Shown here one piece after another: positions 37,222-45,744 of a stretch of DNA of 64,000 bases; within the stretch, counting starts at the first letter, position 1; the number at the start of each line of letters is the position of its first letter. The translations under genes were made by a program, and so were the position numbers. Source of the stretch: Candidatus Peribacteraceae bacterium (lineage in GTDB: Bacteria; Patescibacteriota; Gracilibacteria; Peribacterales; Peribacteraceae); NCBI GenBank assembly GCA_028711445.1, contig JAQTSD010000003.1, positions 3,329-67,328 of the forward strand, given 5' to 3'. Below the pieces are notes generated by a model. That model did no database searches. It worked only from the letters and a program-made list of their open reading frames with translations, and was not told the origin of the DNA.

Positions 37222-37555
37222 GTACTATGGTTCCGCACATGCGTGCTGAAAAGATTTTCCTTTCTCGTATGAGTCTGCTTCGGATGACGGTCTCGGAGAT
37301 ACCACGATCCTTCAAGCGTTGGATGGCCGCCTCGCGCCCCTTTATATCCGTACTATTCGCTGCCTCGCGGAAGTCGGATTCCCTCGAGAGCAAGTCAGCG
37401 TATTCTTCAACGAAGGAGCCAATGGGCACGCACTCACCTCCTTTTGCGGGAGAGGAGAGTGTCCCCATCGCTTCCTGGATAGCGACAGAGACGTGCACGC
37501 ACCTGTCTCGTTGGGAGTCTGACGGTGGGGCCGGTTGTTCGATCACGGAGGACAT
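37214..37555 (-). CDS. Possible small hypothetical protein (113 aa)
   Basis: The minus-strand ORF (MSSVIEQ...FVEEYADLLSRESDFREAA...AIQRLKDRGISETVIRSRL) reads more protein-like than the Ser-rich plus-strand ORF 37218-37637. The third-codon positions of the two frames coincide, so composition cannot discriminate between them. Confidence 0.35.
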   Translation of the reverse strand: MSSVIEQPAPPSDSQRDRCVHVSVAIQEAMGTLSSPAKGGECVPIGSFVEEYADLLSRESDFREAANSTDIKGREAAIQRLKDRGISETVIRSRLIRERKIFSARMCGTIVLN

Positions 37556-37673
37556 ACGGGCGAATGGGAGTATAGTGATATATCGCAATATTGCAAGTAA
37601 TATGCAAGTCATGGAGCATGAGTGGAGTTTCCGCTAGGATCATGGCACTTCGGTACTCACAAATCGCTTCCTT

Positions 37674-38582
37674 ATGCGAAAAAGTAAGATACCTTCGGCT
37701 GGCTATACCTTCTCGAAGATGACGGGTACCGATCTTCGTCGCGTGCCAGGGGCATCTTTGGCTTCTCAGAAATGCCGCTGTTCGATTTTGCATATTTTCA
37801 AGGGGTCGACTCTCCGTCGCTCGGTCGATATCACGATGAGGGATCCGCACTCTGCGCTCTGTATCTTCATGGAAGAGCGATCGAAGGCGGTGATTCATCT
37901 TCTCCTCTCGTCGAAAGTGACCAATGCGTCTCATGTGACGAAAGTATATCTTGCCGAGAGCTCTCATCTTACGATCATCGTGCTCGATGAGTCCTCCGGA
38001 GGAGCCGTCACGCAGGAGTGCCACCTTGAAAAAGGTGCAAGAGTGCAGTGGATCTGCGCTTCGGTCGGAAAAGGGAGGGTGACACACGATTTTAACTCAG
38101 AGATGCCCGTGCGAGGCGGTGTGTGCGATGTCCGGTGGTTGTTTTCTGCAAATAGAGAAGATCATTTTCACCTCTCCGCGTATCTCGATCTGGCGGGGGC
38201 GAAGAATCAGGGAACCGTCGACATGCGTGGCATCGCTGCGGGCAAGGCGCATGTGACCTGCGACGGGTCCGTCTCCGTACAGCGCACAGCGAAAGGGTCC
38301 GAGACACACCTCATGCAGCGTGCGCTCATACTCGGAGAGAAGGCGGACATCCGGATGGTGCCGAAGCTTGCGGTTCATACACGTGACACGGAAGCGACTC
38401 ACAGTGCGTCGGCCCTGCGGATCACCGACGACGCACTCTTCTACCTCCAAAGCAGAGGTATTGCGCCTGCCAAAGCACGGAAGATGTATGCAGAGGGATT
38501 TCTGAGAGAGGCTTTGATGGGACTGGAAGACGAGAAGACGAGGGAGGGGATCTTGAGGAGGCTGACGGAGAAGGTGAAGTGA
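37674..38582 (+). CDS. sufD: Fe-S cluster assembly protein SufD-like (SufB/SufD family)
   Basis: Beta-helix repeat region and a C-terminal motif typical of SufD (HSASALRITDDALFYLQSRGIAPAKARKMYAEGFL). Confidence 0.75.
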   Translation: MRKSKIPSAGYTFSKMTGTDLRRVPGASLASQKCRCSILHIFKGSTLRRSVDITMRDPHSALCIFMEERSKAVIHLLLSSKVTNASHVTKVYLAESSHLTIIVLDESSGGAVTQECHLEKGARVQWICASVGKGRVTHDFNSEMPVRGGVCDVRWLFSANREDHFHLSAYLDLAGAKNQGTVDMRGIAAGKAHVTCDGSVSVQRTAKGSETHLMQRALILGEKADIRMVPKLAVHTRDTEATHSASALRITDDALFYLQSRGIAPAKARKMYAEGFLREALMGLEDEKTREGILRRLTEKVK

Positions 38583-38660
38583 GACAGTCCATTTTTATCG
38601 CAGCGCGTTGCGCTGAGCGCGGGGTCAAGCTGTTTGGCAGAAGAGGCGTACCATGAGCGT

Positions 38661-38990
38661 ATGGAGCGATATTTCGTCTACATGCTTCGTTGCATGGATG
38701 GGACGTACTACGTCGGGATCACGAATGACGTGGAGAAGCGCGTTGAGCAACATCAGGATGGGTGGGACCCGAAGGCGTACACACACCGCCGCCGTCCGGT
38801 GGGGCTGGTCTACAGCGCAGAATTTTCCGAGGTGACGGATGCGATTGCCTTCGAGAAACAAGTGAAGGGGTGGGGGAGGGAGAAGAAGGAGACGTTGATG
38901 CGGAGGGAATATGAGAAGTTGCCGGGGTTGTCGATGAATTCCTTGAAGAAGAAAGAACTTCGGGACAAGCAAAAGGGCGTGTCACCCTGA
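38661..38990 (+). CDS. GIY-YIG nuclease-family protein (UPF0213-like)
   Basis: YFVYMLRCMDGTYYVGITNDVEKRVEQH is the GIY-YIG motif. The track start is TTG at 38634. The last five codons (GVSP-stop) lie inside the repeat element. Confidence 0.8.
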   Translation: MERYFVYMLRCMDGTYYVGITNDVEKRVEQHQDGWDPKAYTHRRRPVGLVYSAEFSEVTDAIAFEKQVKGWGREKKETLMRREYEKLPGLSMNSLKKKELRDKQKGVSP

Positions 38991-39080
38991 GCTTGTCGAA
39001 GGGTCGACACGCCCCCTCCGTGTTCATGCTTCGACAGGCTCAGCATGACACGGAGGGGCACGGACGCGTGCGTGACACGC
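38977..39080. repeat. Nested palindromic repeat element (REP/MITE-like), full copy
   Basis: ctgagcttgtcgaag (38987-39001) and cttcgacaggctcag (39029-39043) form a 15-bp imperfect inverted repeat. The outer pair is ggcgtgtcac / gtgacacgc and the inner pair is cctccgtgt / acacggagg. Both 15-mers recur exactly at 54547-54602. Confidence 0.8.
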
Positions 39081-39134
39081 TTTGTGTGGACAGGCGGGGT
39101 GTATCCATAGGATTTCATTATTGCCAGGTATTTT

Positions 39135-39162
39135 TTGACAAATATCTATAATTGTGTATATT
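39135..39162 (+). promoter_or_regulatory. Near-consensus sigma-70-like promoter with no downstream plus-strand ORF
   Basis: TTGACA (39135-140), a 16-nt spacer, then TATATT (39157-162), preceded by TG. Confidence 0.5.
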
Positions 39163-39168
39163 GAGTAA

Positions 39169-39320
39169 GTCTGATCAGCCTACGATTGATATATTTCGTC
39201 GATCGCAGGCTGGACAGTCTGGTTCTTGGTCAACAGCCGCAAGGCTGAAGGGAACGTCCGGTTTGTCTGGCAAGGAGGCCTCTTCGTAACTTCACGTCGA
39301 GGCCTCCAAATATTTCTTTG
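39169..39320 (+). ncRNA. Candidate ~150-nt structured small RNA (family unknown)
   Basis: It is bounded by the promoter above and by a GGAGGCCTC...GAGGCCTCC hairpin (39274-39307) followed by a T-rich run. Internal helices include a 14-bp stem CAGCCTACGATTGA/TCGATCGCAGGCTG and a CAGCC-GCAA-GGCTG GNRA hairpin enclosed by GACAGTCTGG/CCGGTTTGTC. Confidence 0.35.
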
Positions 39321-39343
39321 TGACAGCGAAAGTTCTCAATGGT

Positions 39344-39598
39344 TTACGACCAAGCCCCAATTGTGTAACCGATCAAAACGGAAATGGGCAAAGTGATTAA
39401 CCAGAATATTTTTGTTCGTAGTGATTTACCGCTTGCATATTGAAAAATGAAACCAGCAAGTAATAAGCCAAGTCCAATTTGTTGTGTGCGTGGCTCTACG
39501 CCTGAGCGGAAGAGTATTAATGTGCCCAGCATATCTAGAACAAGCCCATAATCTGTACAGACTAATTCGTCTATAAGTTGGAGAGTCCAGTGTCTCAT
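39344..39598 (-). CDS. Small hydrophobic protein (84 aa) in AT-rich islet
   Basis: ORF with 2-3 hydrophobic spans (LGLLLAGFIFQYA, IFWLITLPISVLIGYTIGAW). A TATAAT ends 6 nt before the ATG, so the mRNA may be leaderless. Local G+C is about one third in the lines I counted. Confidence 0.4.
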   Translation of the reverse strand: MRHWTLQLIDELVCTDYGLVLDMLGTLILFRSGVEPRTQQIGLGLLLAGFIFQYASGKSLRTKIFWLITLPISVLIGYTIGAWS

Positions 39599-39680
39599 AT
39601 GAAAATTATAAACCTTTCGCGAAGCGCGGGTCTCGTGGGCCCCAACGCTGGAGCGACTCCATATAGGAAAAAGAGAGCCC

Positions 39681-39711
39681 GTGAGAGAAAAACCGCAGGT
39701 TTGTCTCTCAC
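39681..39711 (-). terminator. Terminator of the 16S rRNA transcription unit
   Basis: A 13-bp hairpin GTGAGAGAAAAACC-GCA-GGTTTGTCTCTCAC. On the minus strand it is followed by GGGCTCTCTTTTTCC. It lies immediately after the trailer arm of the processing stem. Confidence 0.6.
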
Positions 39712-39719
39712 GAAATCTT

Positions 39720-39747
39720 CACAGCATTGCAGAGTAGAGAAGTCTTC
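39720..39747 (-). other. 16S rRNA trailer arm of the leader-trailer (RNase III-type) processing stem
   Basis: cacagcattgcagagtagagaagtcttc is the reverse complement of 41464-41499, apart from one mismatch and an 8-nt bulge. Confidence 0.75.
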
Positions 39748-39879
39748 CGGGCCGTACAGTCCTCTCGAAGAGGGTGCAGGTTGCTCTCCCGGGCAATCAA
39801 TAGCATGTCGGCAGATGAGCAACGCCGTTGCATGCGCCCCTCGCGATCCGAAGATCGTTAGGGCCAGGTATTCCCTGGT

Positions 39880-41392
<1,513 letters not shown>

Positions 41393-41463
41393 AAGAGCTC
41401 TTGGCTCTCATAAACTTAAAAGAAAATTAAGAGATTTGCCGTGCTTGCTGCGAAAAAATCGCA

Positions 41464-41499
41464 GAAGACGGCCACACTTCTCTACTCTGCGATGCTGTG
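41464..41499 (-). other. 16S rRNA leader arm of the processing stem
   Basis: gaagacGGCCACACttctctactctgcgatgctgtg is complementary to 39720-39747. It lies about 72 nt upstream of the mature 5' end. Confidence 0.75.
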
Positions 41500-41516
41500 A
41501 ATGAGCTGTGCTCATT

Positions 41517-41558
41517 CACCCTGAGCGAGTCCTGCGGATGCGGGACGAGTCGAAGGGT
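41517..41558. repeat. Degenerate relative of the palindromic repeat family inside the rRNA leader
   Basis: caCCCTGAGCgagtcctgcggatgcgggacgaGTCGAAGGGtg shares the CCTGAGC...GTCGAAGGG ends with the 38977 and 54547 copies. An adjacent perfect hairpin GTGAATGAG-CTGTG-CTCATTCAC is at 41497-41519. Confidence 0.4.
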
Positions 41559-41635
41559 GAAGGAACATGGCCTCCGCGACTGGCGGAGATGGAAAATGCT
41601 CCTCCCGTACGAATGGCGTGCGAGAGAGCTGACCT

Positions 41636-41663
41636 ATCTTAAGCGCCCTATAAGCAGGGTCAA
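41636..41663 (-). promoter_or_regulatory. Candidate 16S rRNA promoter
   Basis: On the minus strand: TTGACC (41663-41658), a 16-nt spacer, then TAAGAT (41641-41636), about 245 nt upstream of the mature 16S 5' end. Confidence 0.35.
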
Positions 41664-41771
41664 GCGAAAAAGCGTCTTTGCCACCTTTGTCCGGGCGATT
41701 TTGATGGCGCCAAAATGCCGATGCATCCCATGACGTGCCAATCCCACCTGTTGAGCTTTCCTATTTTGACC

Positions 41772-42647
41772 TTAGCTTTGTCGATGGCGAACAATGATCT
41801 CCGCGAGCATGCCGAAGAGGACGATCTGCAGGCCTGTGAGGAGCAAGAGCAGTCCTGAATCCGATACGTTCGCATCGCGGATAACGGTCGTGACGATCAT
41901 TGCAGTGCCGGAGAGCATGAGAAGTCCTCCAGGCCATCCGAAGAAGCGCACAGGTCGGAAGTAGGTGGTAACGCGGATGACGAGGCCGAGGAAGTTGACG
42001 AAATTACTGAGACCATTCCAGCCGCCCATGGAACTCTTTCCTACGCGCTTGAAGTAGTCGATGGGGACGAATTCCACGAGGTAGCCAGAGGTGAGGGAGG
42101 CGAGGGTCAAGGTGAGGGTGAAGGAGAAGCCGCGTGGGTAGAGGTGCATGAATTCCATGCCGAGCGCGTGCTTGAAGACGCGCATGCCGGAGTTGTTATC
42201 GGGGATGTGCATGCCTGTGAGAGTGTTGGCAAGGAAGGCGAGGATCATCTTCGCTGGACGTCGCAGAAGAGGGATCTTCGCACCCGTTTTCGTGCGGGCA
42301 CCCACCACCATGTCCGCACCGGTAGCCTTCAAGTGTGCGATGAGTTTCGGGAAATCCTCAATGGGATAGGTGCCGTCCGCGTCGACTGTCGCGATGATGT
42401 CTCCCTTTGCCTGCCGCAGGCCGACTTTCATCGCCGTGCCATAGCCGCGGTTCTGCTGATTCCGAAAGATGCGGAGCATCGGGAGATGCAATCCTTCAAT
42501 GATGCCGCGCGAGCCGTCCGTACTGCCATCGTCGATGACGATGATCTCAAACTCGTCGCCTGTTTGAGCAAGAGAGCGCTGCGCGCGGAGGATCGTATCC
42601 TCGATGGCGCGCTCTTCAGAGAAGACGGGGATGAGGAGCGAAAGCAT
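41772..42647 (-). CDS. GT2 polyprenyl-phosphate glycosyltransferase (DPM1/ArnC-like) with C-terminal TM segments
   Basis: LSLLIPVFSEERAIEDTI...FEIIVIDDGSTDGS...DADGTYP GT-A motifs plus two C-terminal hydrophobic spans. The ATG at 42647 avoids an overlap with the upstream gene; the track start is 42773. Confidence 0.8.
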   Translation of the reverse strand: MLSLLIPVFSEERAIEDTILRAQRSLAQTGDEFEIIVIDDGSTDGSRGIIEGLHLPMLRIFRNQQNRGYGTAMKVGLRQAKGDIIATVDADGTYPIEDFPKLIAHLKATGADMVVGARTKTGAKIPLLRRPAKMILAFLANTLTGMHIPDNNSGMRVFKHALGMEFMHLYPRGFSFTLTLTLASLTSGYLVEFVPIDYFKRVGKSSMGGWNGLSNFVNFLGLVIRVTTYFRPVRFFGWPGGLLMLSGTAMIVTTVIRDANVSDSGLLLLLTGLQIVLFGMLAEIIVRHRQS

Positions 42648-42654
42648 CGAAGAA

Positions 42655-44004
42655 TTAGGGGGATTGACGGAGGGAGCATACCTCGAATTCCGTCTCCCGT
42701 AAGCCTTTTCTCTTGCTCGTTTTCGATAGTTCCTTCCAGCCCTTTCGCAGCAGATTGAAGACGGGCCCGACAAGTTTCAAAGGGAGGTGCTCGATGGCCC
42801 AACGGGAGATCCGAAGTGCACCGATGGCGAAGAACATTCTCAGGCACCATTCGATGAAGATCCGCGCAGAGGGGATGGAGGTTGGGCGGTAGCCGTAGTC
42901 CGGTGCGACTGGCATCCACCGCATGCGGATAAAGGAGCCGCGTTTCTTGAAGTCGAGCATATGGCTGTGCATGGCGAGTGCCTCATCAAGAGGGGTGTCA
43001 GTGAGTGCAAGGAGATCTCGTGAGCGCATGTCCTCCAAGATTTCCATGGCACGCGCCGACCGTGCAAGAATCACAGAGTAGCCACCACGCTTGGATTCGT
43101 ACTTCGGCGACCACGCGTCCCCTACGGAGATGTCCGTGAGCTCGTTGGTGAAGTCAACAAGTTGCAAGCTGCTTCGTGTGATGAAGAAGGGGATCAGGTA
43201 GTTATAGTGGAATTTCTCGGCTGTGAGCACGCGGCCGTCTTTGAGGGTGATTTCTAGATGTCCAGGCCACTCGCCCGCACGGTAGCGCAGGCGCGTGATC
43301 TCCTTCTCCGAGGAGACGCCGTGGGATCGAAGAAAGCTCCGGATCGCATCGAATGTCATCTGCGTGCCCATGTAGGGGCCGAGGACGAAAGTAATATTTC
43401 TAACGGCTGGATGTTTGATGCGCTGGAGCTTGCGGATGGAGGCAACTTGATCGGGGAGACCAACATATGCCAGTGGACCCTCTTCCTTCTCCAGCGTCCC
43501 GAGGATGGTATTCACCGGTGTGACGCTGTAGACGCTCTGCGCGCAACGCATTACTTCCTCCTTCGTTCGTGCGATCACCGGCTCGGCCCGGTACGGAACG
43601 GAAGCGCCAACTTGAAGGCACACGGCACCAACAATTTGTTTCGTCTCCAAAAGATGGATAAGGATGGCGGAGATTACGCCACCAGATGCACCTGCGCGCC
43701 GGATACTCTTGTCTGTCGCATGTCCGACGAAGCTCCCCTCCGTCACTCCCGAGAGCCAGTTCCCCGGAAGTTTTCCGAACACGAAGCGGTTCAAGTCTGG
43801 GTAGGGACACGCGAGAGCGGGACAGGCGCGAAATGCCGCCTCCGGCACCTGACCGGATTTCTCTGTTCGGATGGGGAGCACGATGCCGTGATCTTCTCTG
43901 AACGCGAGTGTCCCATCCGAGATTCCCACACAGCTGCCGCACTGGGTACAGAGATTGCAATCGAGGACGTCTCGCCGGAGGTGATCCCACCATTGATCAC
44001 TCAT
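42655..44004 (-). CDS. Coenzyme F420 hydrogenase/dehydrogenase beta-subunit-like (FrhB family) Fe-S flavoprotein
   Basis: An N-terminal CxxCxxC-type cluster (CNLCTQCGSCVGIS) followed by an FrhB-like core (HATDKSIRRAGASGGVISAILIHLLETKQIVGAV). The ATG at 44004 is preferred over 44088. Confidence 0.65.
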   Translation of the reverse strand: MSDQWWDHLRRDVLDCNLCTQCGSCVGISDGTLAFREDHGIVLPIRTEKSGQVPEAAFRACPALACPYPDLNRFVFGKLPGNWLSGVTEGSFVGHATDKSIRRAGASGGVISAILIHLLETKQIVGAVCLQVGASVPYRAEPVIARTKEEVMRCAQSVYSVTPVNTILGTLEKEEGPLAYVGLPDQVASIRKLQRIKHPAVRNITFVLGPYMGTQMTFDAIRSFLRSHGVSSEKEITRLRYRAGEWPGHLEITLKDGRVLTAEKFHYNYLIPFFITRSSLQLVDFTNELTDISVGDAWSPKYESKRGGYSVILARSARAMEILEDMRSRDLLALTDTPLDEALAMHSHMLDFKKRGSFIRMRWMPVAPDYGYRPTSIPSARIFIEWCLRMFFAIGALRISRWAIEHLPLKLVGPVFNLLRKGWKELSKTSKRKGLRETEFEVCSLRQSP

Positions 44005-44743
44005 ATTTTTTACGACAGAGAAACGTGCGTCTGAGGCAGAAAATGCGTTTGAACCATTCTGGGGAAATCCTCTCCAGCCACTTTCCAAATTTGATGAACC
44101 ACCGGGGACCGGCTGGGATGAGCACGAACGTGCGTTCCGTTCTCAGTTGCCAGCCAGCGTCGCGCAGCATTCGGAGAATTTCCCGGCGCGGGATCATGCG
44201 GTGCGGCCCTTCGCCGTGATGCAAATGCAGGATCGGAGCGAGTGCGTGCAACGGCTCCCATAACACGTTTGGTGTTGTCAGGACGAGCAGCGCCCCCGGT
44301 TTGGCGAGCCGTGCGAGCTCTTGGGCGAACGCATGCGGGTCGGGCATGTGTTCGAGCGTCTCGTAACTCAGGATCACATCGAAGCTTCCCTTGGGGTGCG
44401 GGAGGGGAAATCCCTTGAGGACTTCCACGTCGGCGTGCAGGCCGGCTTTTTGCAGTTCCTCGCGCGCGAGCCGCTCAAAGCGGGGCGACATGGCCACGCA
44501 CATGAAGCGTGCGGTAGGGTACTTCTTCAGGAAGAAGGAGGTCCCCTTTGCGGTGCGGCAGTCGATATCGAGCACGCAAGCGTGATCGGGGATGGCGAAG
44601 AGCGGAGCGGAGTCGGTAAAACGACGAAAGTAGGAATCCGTGTGCTCGTTTACATCGTCATACTCGAGGGTCGAGTCCCAGTGTGCTGCCACGTCCGCGA
44701 GAGTCCATGGTTTCATCGGGGGCAGTGTAGCGGATTGTCTCAA
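43997..44743 (-). CDS. Class I SAM-dependent methyltransferase
   Basis: VLDIDCRTAKG (motif I) and FDVILSYETLEHMPDP. Confidence 0.8.
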   Translation of the reverse strand: MRQSATLPPMKPWTLADVAAHWDSTLEYDDVNEHTDSYFRRFTDSAPLFAIPDHACVLDIDCRTAKGTSFFLKKYPTARFMCVAMSPRFERLAREELQKAGLHADVEVLKGFPLPHPKGSFDVILSYETLEHMPDPHAFAQELARLAKPGALLVLTTPNVLWEPLHALAPILHLHHGEGPHRMIPRREILRMLRDAGWQLRTERTFVLIPAGPRWFIKFGKWLERISPEWFKRIFCLRRTFLCRKKYE

Positions 44744-44840
44744 GTGAGTGTTTATATATCCTTCAAAACGCCGCGGCCACGAAGGGCCGCTGCTTGAGGG
44801 AAATAGAACCCAGCAGCACCCCTTCGTGGGTGCGGGGTTC

Positions 44841-45719
44841 TCAGCCAGTCCCTTGAATCCAGTAGAAAAATCCGGGTATGCCGGAGAGAAAAATCATGAG
44901 GAAGATGAGCAGGGAGAATGCGACGATCTGTCCGGAAGCGAGACCGAAGGGGAGGAGGAGCGTGAGCAGCGCTGCGTCGCGCGTGCCGAGGCCCGATGGG
45001 GCGATGGGAAGGAGCGCGACGATCCCTGCAATTGTGAGAGCGGCAACGAGGAGCAAAGCCGAAAGGTCGATGCCGATGCTCCGTGCGATGAGGATGGTCC
45101 AGACGAAGTAGAGAGTCCAGCTTAAGGTGGTCCAAAGCATGATGTACGTTATCATTGCCGGAGTGCGCAACATCTTCAGAAACGACAGCCACTGAACTGC
45201 CGCCATTTTCCCCGAAAGTGCCCAGAGAATCAGGCTTGCTATGCCGACTCCGACAAGGCCGATCAGTGCCCACATGCTGCCAAAGAGTAATGCGACAGCC
45301 CACATGGCAATGCATGTGATGGCTGCGGCGTCGGCGAGACGATCAGTGATCGAAAGCGTGAGAGCTGTGCCTGCATGCATGCCGCGTCCGCGCAGATAAG
45401 CCGCCCGGCCAAGCTCGCCGAGCTTGGCGGGTGTGATGAGCGCGAGAAAAACGCCGACGTTATAGAGCCTCCAGGACTGATGAAAAGTTGGGCTTGCTCC
45501 GCATAAGCGGACGAGCAGGTGCCAGCGGGCGGCTTTGGTTAGGTACGAGAGAATGACGATGACGAATGCCGCCGCGATCATGAAGAGATTCGCGTGACGG
45601 AGCACCTCCAGGAGCGCGACTCGATCGATGCGCATGAGGATCCACATGAAGAGAAGGACGCCGATGATTTTGAGGAACCCAAGAAGGATCCGGAAATTGA
45701 AGCGCGGCATCGCCGGCAT
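44841..45719 (-). CDS. Flippase-like membrane protein (lysylphosphatidylglycerol-synthase TM-region / UPF0104 family)
   Basis: Multi-pass membrane protein starting MPAMPRFNFRILLGFLKIIGVLLFMWILMRID. Its start is uncertain (45710-45920); it is divergent from and overlaps the start of the GT-C gene. Confidence 0.6.
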   Translation of the reverse strand: MPAMPRFNFRILLGFLKIIGVLLFMWILMRIDRVALLEVLRHANLFMIAAAFVIVILSYLTKAARWHLLVRLCGASPTFHQSWRLYNVGVFLALITPAKLGELGRAAYLRGRGMHAGTALTLSITDRLADAAAITCIAMWAVALLFGSMWALIGLVGVGIASLILWALSGKMAAVQWLSFLKMLRTPAMITYIMLWTTLSWTLYFVWTILIARSIGIDLSALLLVAALTIAGIVALLPIAPSGLGTRDAALLTLLLPFGLASGQIVAFSLLIFLMIFLSGIPGFFYWIQGTG

Positions 45720-45744
45720 GGTAAACTCTCCCGTTGGTTCCGTC

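Noticed and set aside
37218-37637. A plus-strand 139-aa ORF between the 36151 gene and sufD.
   Set aside because: It is Ser-rich and unstructured-looking, and it fully overlaps a more protein-like minus-strand ORF. The wobble positions of the two frames coincide, so composition cannot decide between them. Confidence in either is low.
39169-39320. Identity of the candidate small RNA as SRP (4.5S) RNA or an RNase P RNA fragment.
   Set aside because: It has a GNRA hairpin and a GAAGGGAACGUCCGG stretch vaguely like the RNase P CR-I box (GAGGAAAGUCCGG). It lacks the SRP domain IV GGAA-tetraloop/AGCA loop pattern, the other RNase P conserved regions and the required length.
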